DNA of 64,000 nt, taken from Ignisphaera sp. GTDB taxonomy: Archaea > Thermoproteota > Thermoprotei_A > Sulfolobales > Ignisphaeraceae. Numbering within the stretch: the stretch's first letter is position 1; every line of letters starts with the position of its first letter. The notes under the pieces were generated by a model. That model searched no databases, was not told the origin of the DNA, and saw only the letters and a program-made list of their open reading frames with translations. Below are positions 59,083-64,000 of the stretch, piece by piece. Position numbers and translations under genes: made by a program. The stretch covers positions 64,001 to 128,000 of the forward strand of contig JAWBDT010000001.1 in assembly GCA_038821645.1 (NCBI GenBank), given 5' to 3'.

Positions 59083-60150
59083 ATGAATATGGCTCTAGAA
59101 ATAAGTACAAAACTTTTTTCGTATAGATCTTTGATTATTTTAGTGCTTTTCATACTTCTACTCATACTCATACCCATAGCTTCTTCGATAGGTCTATATC
59201 GTGTAACCTTTCTAGATGTTGTGAGAGTTTCTTTAGGTCATAAGCTACCAGAAGATGAATATATAGCTCTTTGGCTACGTATGCGTAGAACTTTTGTAGG
59301 TATTATCGTAGGTGCTCTTTTAGCTGGTGGAGGTGTAGTTTCGCAAGCTGTTTTCAAAAATCCTCTAGCTTCGCCATTCACATTAGGGATTTCTCATGCA
59401 GCTGCTCTAGGTGTAGCAGTATCTCTTACGATAGGTTATGGAGGTAGATTCTATACATGGTTTACCGCTATATCGAATCCCTATATACTTCCATTTTCAG
59501 CCTTTATATTTGCTTCAATACAGAGTATCTTAGTGCTCTTTCTAGCCTATAGAGCTGGTCTATCACCTTACGCTTTAGTTCTATCGTCTATAGCCATGTC
59601 GTTTATATATCAATCTATCTTAGCCATTCTACAGTACTTAGTTCTAAATGAGCTTCAAATAGCCACAATAGTTTTCTGGATGTTTGGTGATCTAAGTAGA
59701 GTAGGAAACTTAGAGCTACTGATATTAGCTGTAGGCTTTATACCCATAACTCTATTATACATGTTTATGCATCTAGATCTAGACCTGATCTCTCTTAGTG
59801 ATGAAGTTGCATATGCTTCAGGCACTAACCCTAAGAGGCTAAGATTCATTGCTATGCTTATAGCTGCATTAGGTACAGCTTTCGCTATATCTTTTGTAGG
59901 CATACTGGCTTTTTTATGTCTAGTTGCTCCACATATAGCTAGATCTATTATAGGTAATTCGCATAGATATCTCATACCATCTTCAATGCTCATAGGTTCT
60001 ATACTTGCTGTAGGAGCAGATATAGTTTCTAGAGTTGTTCTCTTTCCACGAACTCTCCCTATAGGTATTGTGCTTTCATTCATAGGAACACCTCTACTGA
60101 TATTCTTACTGTTTAGAGGTGGTGGATATAGCTATCATAAAGGTTATTGA
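59083..60150 (+). CDS. FecCD/BtuC family ABC permease
   Basis: QAVFKNPLASPFTLGISHAAALG, FWMFGDL, LVAPHIAR, LPIGIV...GTP. Confidence 0.92.
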   Translation: MNMALEISTKLFSYRSLIILVLFILLLILIPIASSIGLYRVTFLDVVRVSLGHKLPEDEYIALWLRMRRTFVGIIVGALLAGGGVVSQAVFKNPLASPFTLGISHAAALGVAVSLTIGYGGRFYTWFTAISNPYILPFSAFIFASIQSILVLFLAYRAGLSPYALVLSSIAMSFIYQSILAILQYLVLNELQIATIVFWMFGDLSRVGNLELLILAVGFIPITLLYMFMHLDLDLISLSDEVAYASGTNPKRLRFIAMLIAALGTAFAISFVGILAFLCLVAPHIARSIIGNSHRYLIPSSMLIGSILAVGADIVSRVVLFPRTLPIGIVLSFIGTPLLIFLLFRGGGYSYHKGY

Positions 60151-60883
60151 TGTATGTGTAAACTATGGTTCTCATAGAGCTTTAAACAATATATCGCTAG
60201 AGGTTATGCCTAGAGAGGTAGTGGCTGTTGTAGGTCCTAATGGTAGTGGTAAAACAACTCTATTGAAAACAATAGATAGGATACTTAAACCAATCAGAGG
60301 ATCTATATATATAGATGGTAGAAATATCGAGAGCTATGTTCAGCGTGAATTAGCTAAAGTTGTGGCATATGTTCCTCAGAAGATAGATCTAGGAACATAT
60401 ATGACAGTAATTGATTTTGTTTTAACAGGTAGAAGACCTTATGCAGAATTCAGCTACAGTAAGATAGATGTAGATAGAGCTGTAAACGCTTTAAGAGCTG
60501 TAGATGCTGAACACCTAATGCTAAGGAAACTTAATCAACTTAGTGGAGGTGAGCTACAGAGAGTAGTTATAGCTAGAGCACTTGCATCAGAACCCAAGAT
60601 ACTTTTACTAGATGAACCAACAGCTAATCTAGATCCAAGATACCAGCTAGAGGTACTGAATCTCATCAAGAAGCTCTCGCTTGAAAATGGTATCGCTGTT
60701 ATTATGGCTATACATGATCTTAGTCATGCCTATAGATTTTCAGATAAAGTTATCATGATTAAAAATGGCGAGATAGTTGCTGTAGGTCATCCAGAGGAGG
60801 TACTCACGGAAGAAAATATAGAAAAGGTCTTCGAAGTTAGGGCCAAGGTCTTTAGAGATATCAAGGCCATAGTAATTGGCTAA
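60119..60883 (+). CDS. ABC transporter ATP-binding protein (FecE/BtuD-like)
   Basis: GPNGSGKT, LSGGELQR, LLLDEPT, HDL. Confidence 0.94.
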   Translation: MVDIAIIKVIDVCVNYGSHRALNNISLEVMPREVVAVVGPNGSGKTTLLKTIDRILKPIRGSIYIDGRNIESYVQRELAKVVAYVPQKIDLGTYMTVIDFVLTGRRPYAEFSYSKIDVDRAVNALRAVDAEHLMLRKLNQLSGGELQRVVIARALASEPKILLLDEPTANLDPRYQLEVLNLIKKLSLENGIAVIMAIHDLSHAYRFSDKVIMIKNGEIVAVGHPEEVLTEENIEKVFEVRAKVFRDIKAIVIG

Positions 60884-60892
60884 ACATTTTTA

Positions 60893-61588
60893 CTATGTAT
60901 ATGTATCAACAATAATTCTGTATGGTACTTTCTCTATCTTCACTATACCTCTACCGATAACAGCGTTAATGGCTTCACCAGCACATACTAGACATAGAAC
61001 TTTATCACCTATTCTAATACTTCTTGGTTCAGCAACAAGTTCACCACATTTTGAGCATCTCAAACTTCTGAATATAGGTGCTCTCTCTACTTCTTCAACT
61101 ATCTCTACAGTCTGCACGAGAAATTCTTCTTCTGGTAAATCAGCCATTCTATAGCCTATCTCTTCCCATATCCTCCTCAACTCTTCTGTTTCTTCAAGTG
61201 TAGCTTTTCTCTCAACAACAACTTTCTCAAACAGCTTTACTGCTTTCTCAGGAAAGTATTTAGCTCTAAGTTTTTCAGAATCTATATACACTCTAACACC
61301 TCTCCTGCTTCCCCTCTTGAATAGAGTTAATGCATTCTTGCCCAAGTCGAGATATATCAAGGAATTGTTCCCAAAGCTACATCCCGTAGCCACTTGTACC
61401 CCATCAACAAGACAGTTATTCACTTCAACAATAGCTATAACTCTTTCTTCAACTGTATCAATAGCACTAGCCTTACTAATACCAAGTTTACTCATAGCTA
61501 TTTCAGACATCCTGAGTCCCAGAATCAGGAAAGGACATATATGTCCGTGCAGTTCTCTAGCCTTCTCTATAAGCTCTTTAGACACCAT
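60893..61588 (-). CDS. FmdE-family protein with C-terminal TraR/DksA-like Zn finger
   Basis: LHGHICP...G.R, NCLVDGVQVATGCSFGN, CSKCGE...CLVC. Confidence 0.9.
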   Translation of the reverse strand: MVSKELIEKARELHGHICPFLILGLRMSEIAMSKLGISKASAIDTVEERVIAIVEVNNCLVDGVQVATGCSFGNNSLIYLDLGKNALTLFKRGSRRGVRVYIDSEKLRAKYFPEKAVKLFEKVVVERKATLEETEELRRIWEEIGYRMADLPEEEFLVQTVEIVEEVERAPIFRSLRCSKCGELVAEPRSIRIGDKVLCLVCAGEAINAVIGRGIVKIEKVPYRIIVDTYT

Positions 61589-61591
61589 GAT

Positions 61592-61621
61592 GAGCACCAG
61601 AAAACTAAATAAAGTGCACTA
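61592..61621 (-). promoter_or_regulatory. Operator candidate TAGTGCAC-N14-TGGTGC upstream of fmdE
   Basis: Minus strand reads TTTATATAT-TAGTGCACTTTATTTAGTTTTCTGGTGCTC-ATC-ATG. Confidence 0.6.
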
Positions 61622-61964
61622 ATATATAAACCTTTCCAATACAATTTTATTCAATATAAAATGCATCTCTATATAAACTCAATATCTATATATAATCATG
61701 TATATACATCACAGCTTCATTGTTATACCAAGTATAGACAATACCTAGACATTAACACATCTATTCAATATAATACTATTCAATACAATATAATGCCCAT
61801 TCTATGGAGCATGAACAATAGCGTAAGTCTTCCCAACCATACACTATATAGAGGAATACGGATTAAGATGCAGATGTAAGTACATAGAAAGAGGTAGAGG
61901 CTCAATATATACTCTATTATAGTGGACTATTCGTGTGATCGATATTATGTAGCATCCTTTATAC

Positions 61965-62720
61965 CTATCTTCTATAGATACTTCCTGCCCTTATCTCGAT
62001 TTCAAGACTTCTAGCCAATTCTATAGCTCTTTCGGTTACAGATGCACCTACAACCAACTTCTTCGGCTTTATTCCAACAACTTCTTCGTAGAGTTTAGCT
62101 ACTCGCTCAAATTCGCTAATATCACCTCTATCTACATGAGCTTTATACTCAACTAATACATGTTCCTTATCTCTAATTAGAACATCCACTTCTATAAGTG
62201 ATGAAACCCCATAAACAATACCCCTATTATCATAGTAAACCCATCTCTCAACACGATATCCTTTGAGAAGATCTCCAACCAGATAACTTATAGCAGACCT
62301 AAACGCTTCCTCAGTTACAACACCATATCTATTGCCAATCGCATATACTGATGCTCTGAGTCTTATCATCTCCTCTTGTAGTTCTTTTATTGCTTCGCCT
62401 TGTCTAGCTATTGCTTCTTGTAGTTCTTTTATTGCTTTGCCGTGTTCTGCTACTGTTTTTTGTAGTTCTTTTATTGCTTCGCCTTGTCTAGCTATTGCTT
62501 CTTGTAGTTCTTTTATTGCTTTGCCGTGTTCTGCTACTGTTTTTTGTAGTTCTTTTATAGCTTTAATGTGCTCAATAATGATCTCTTTTAGGCTTTTCAA
62601 CTCATCTATAACTGTACTTAAACCAATCAATCCTGCTATAGCATATCTAAATTCCTCATCCTCTTTGAGGAGTCTCAATACTTCATGCTTTAGTTCACTC
62701 AATCTTATATCGCTAGCCAC
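61965..62720 (-). CDS. Coiled-coil PD-(D/E)XK nuclease-like protein (DUF3782/DUF1626 type)
   Basis: LLKEDEEFRYAIAGLIGL, heptad repeats, G.RYG...EEAFR, EVDVLI...LVEYK. Confidence 0.85.
   Translation of the reverse strand: MASDIRLSELKHEVLRLLKEDEEFRYAIAGLIGLSTVIDELKSLKEIIIEHIKAIKELQKTVAEHGKAIKELQEAIARQGEAIKELQKTVAEHGKAIKELQEAIARQGEAIKELQEEMIRLRASVYAIGNRYGVVTEEAFRSAISYLVGDLLKGYRVERWVYYDNRGIVYGVSSLIEVDVLIRDKEHVLVEYKAHVDRGDISEFERVAKLYEEVVGIKPKKLVVGASVTERAIELARSLEIEIRAGSIYRR
62376..62558. repeat. In-frame tandem repeat: two exact 84-nt units plus a partial third, built from 42-nt subunits
   Basis: Units 62376-62459 and 62460-62543 are identical and encode KTVAEHGKAIKELQEAIARQGEAIKELQ. Confidence 0.93.
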
Positions 62721-62750
62721 TTACTTTCACCTATACCAATAATACGTAAG

Positions 62751-62766
62751 ACACTTTATAAAGTGT
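62751..62766. promoter_or_regulatory. Perfect 16-bp palindrome centred on the TATA box of the 62720 gene
   Basis: ACACTTTATAAAGTGT lies about 30-45 nt upstream of the GTG start. Confidence 0.5.
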
Positions 62767-64000
62767 GTAGATCTCTCTATCCGATTTTGTTGATAATTGC
62801 ATTATAACCTGGTAACTAGACTTTATCAGATTCCATATCGAGAGTTCTAGCATTACTATTGATTAGCTGTCTACTAGCTATAACCTCTATGTAATTGTTA
62901 CTGGAAATGCTACTCTAATGTTGTGAGATCTGAGTCTTGGATTATATACAGTAAACACTATAGTTAAGGCTGTTAGGAATAGAGAGCAAGTTCTCGGACA
63001 ATTACAGAGAAGTGTGTAGCATACTTAAGGTGGTTATAAGATCTAGAGCGTTTGTTAAAATGATAGATGTTGATTAGAAAGACATGAAAGATGTTTGTCG
63101 TCTAACTACATTATTTATCCAGAGGTTAATGACTACATACAGAATCAGTTTAACTGTAAATTGTCGAGAAATATGTAGCAATAGAAATCATCATTAAATT
63201 TATCACTGTGGCAATATCCTATATATGTATTACCTATACTTAAGAAATATGCTGAAAATTATACCTGGATAGTGGTTTCAGCTATATTCTATAGTCTGTT
63301 TAGCTTTAGCTATTTCGGTTATAAAGCTATTCTTTAGTTTGGTACCAGTTATCTAGCCTTAGATGTATGCTGATGTTTCTTAAATCTATCTACAGAATCT
63401 CTACATCAAGCTATATAGATTATTTTCTAGAACTAGAAGAAATAGTAATCGAAACTATGATTTTATAGAACATTTGCTTGAGACATTTAACATAAAATAA
63501 TGACTTACATCAAGAAATTATATGTTTCTAATCATCTTGATATTTGAATCAGTAGCTGTAAAACCTATTAACATCAATGTCGATATAGATGTGAGTTACT
63601 GCAGAAGATGTAATGGTTATGGTATTTCTCGATAGATTTACCAAGAAACTTTAAGAACTCTTTATAGAGACAAGTTTCAGCATAATTAAGAAGAAATGAT
63701 TTATCTCATGCATTAACAATATGTTGATGTTAGAAGGGTGGTAAGGTATTGGTTGTTAAAGTAGCTGCTCATGATTTACTTAATGTATGTTAGAAGATTT
63801 GTATCTATGCTGTAAGCAACTTACGATATGTTGCTAGATGTGCTTAGTAATTAACTAAGTGATTCTCTATCTCTAGATAGGAAGATTGTAGAACACTTCA
63901 AGAATAAGGTATTAGAGATATTTGATGTTACAAGGTTTTGTTGAGTAGATTCAGACCTTCCTTCTCCTCTAATTTAGAGTCGCTAAATAATATTGAAACA

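Noticed and set aside
60893-61588. Evidence for methanogenesis from the fmdE gene
   Set aside because: FmdE-family proteins are widespread outside methanogens, and no other fmd/fwd genes are present.
61661-62742. ORFs 61661-61879 and 62332-62742 (+)
   Set aside because: The first is low-complexity AT-rich intergenic sequence; the second is the antisense reading of the tandem repeat.

Overview
AT-rich archaeal chromosomal segment. Gene content (crenarchaeal PolB1, Rpl12/P1-AlaS, Taw1, archease, GGTG(A) ribosome-binding sites, coiled-coil PD-(D/E)XK protein) suggests a hyperthermophilic Thermoproteota/Desulfurococcales organism, Ignisphaera-like; the taxon is an inference. The window is mostly housekeeping and carbohydrate genes: purE, GH12 endoglucanase, polB1, ppdK, cdc48, tmcA, nucS, taw1, alaS, tRNA-Arg(TCT), nrdD, a 9-gene Mrp/Mnh antiporter operon, galK/galT/galE-like, mpgS, glmU-like/glmS, and a metal ABC transporter convergent with fmdE. 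Several AT-rich decayed regions contain pseudogene remnants. No CRISPR array, transposase, integrase or rRNA gene was seen. The best non-obvious signals are: (1) an unannotated dual-guide C/D-box sRNA at ~41.1 kb; (2) a shared GCAC-N16-GTGC operator-like motif in front of both the metal ABC operon and fmdE; (3) an uncharacterised wHTH + His/Cys helical protein + Cas2/VapD-like module with its own palindromic operator; (4) a PEP-CTERM-like sorting tail on a secreted beta-helix protein; (5) nucleotide-level homogenisation between the two AAA domains of cdc48. All family calls come from motif recognition by eye, with no database searches.
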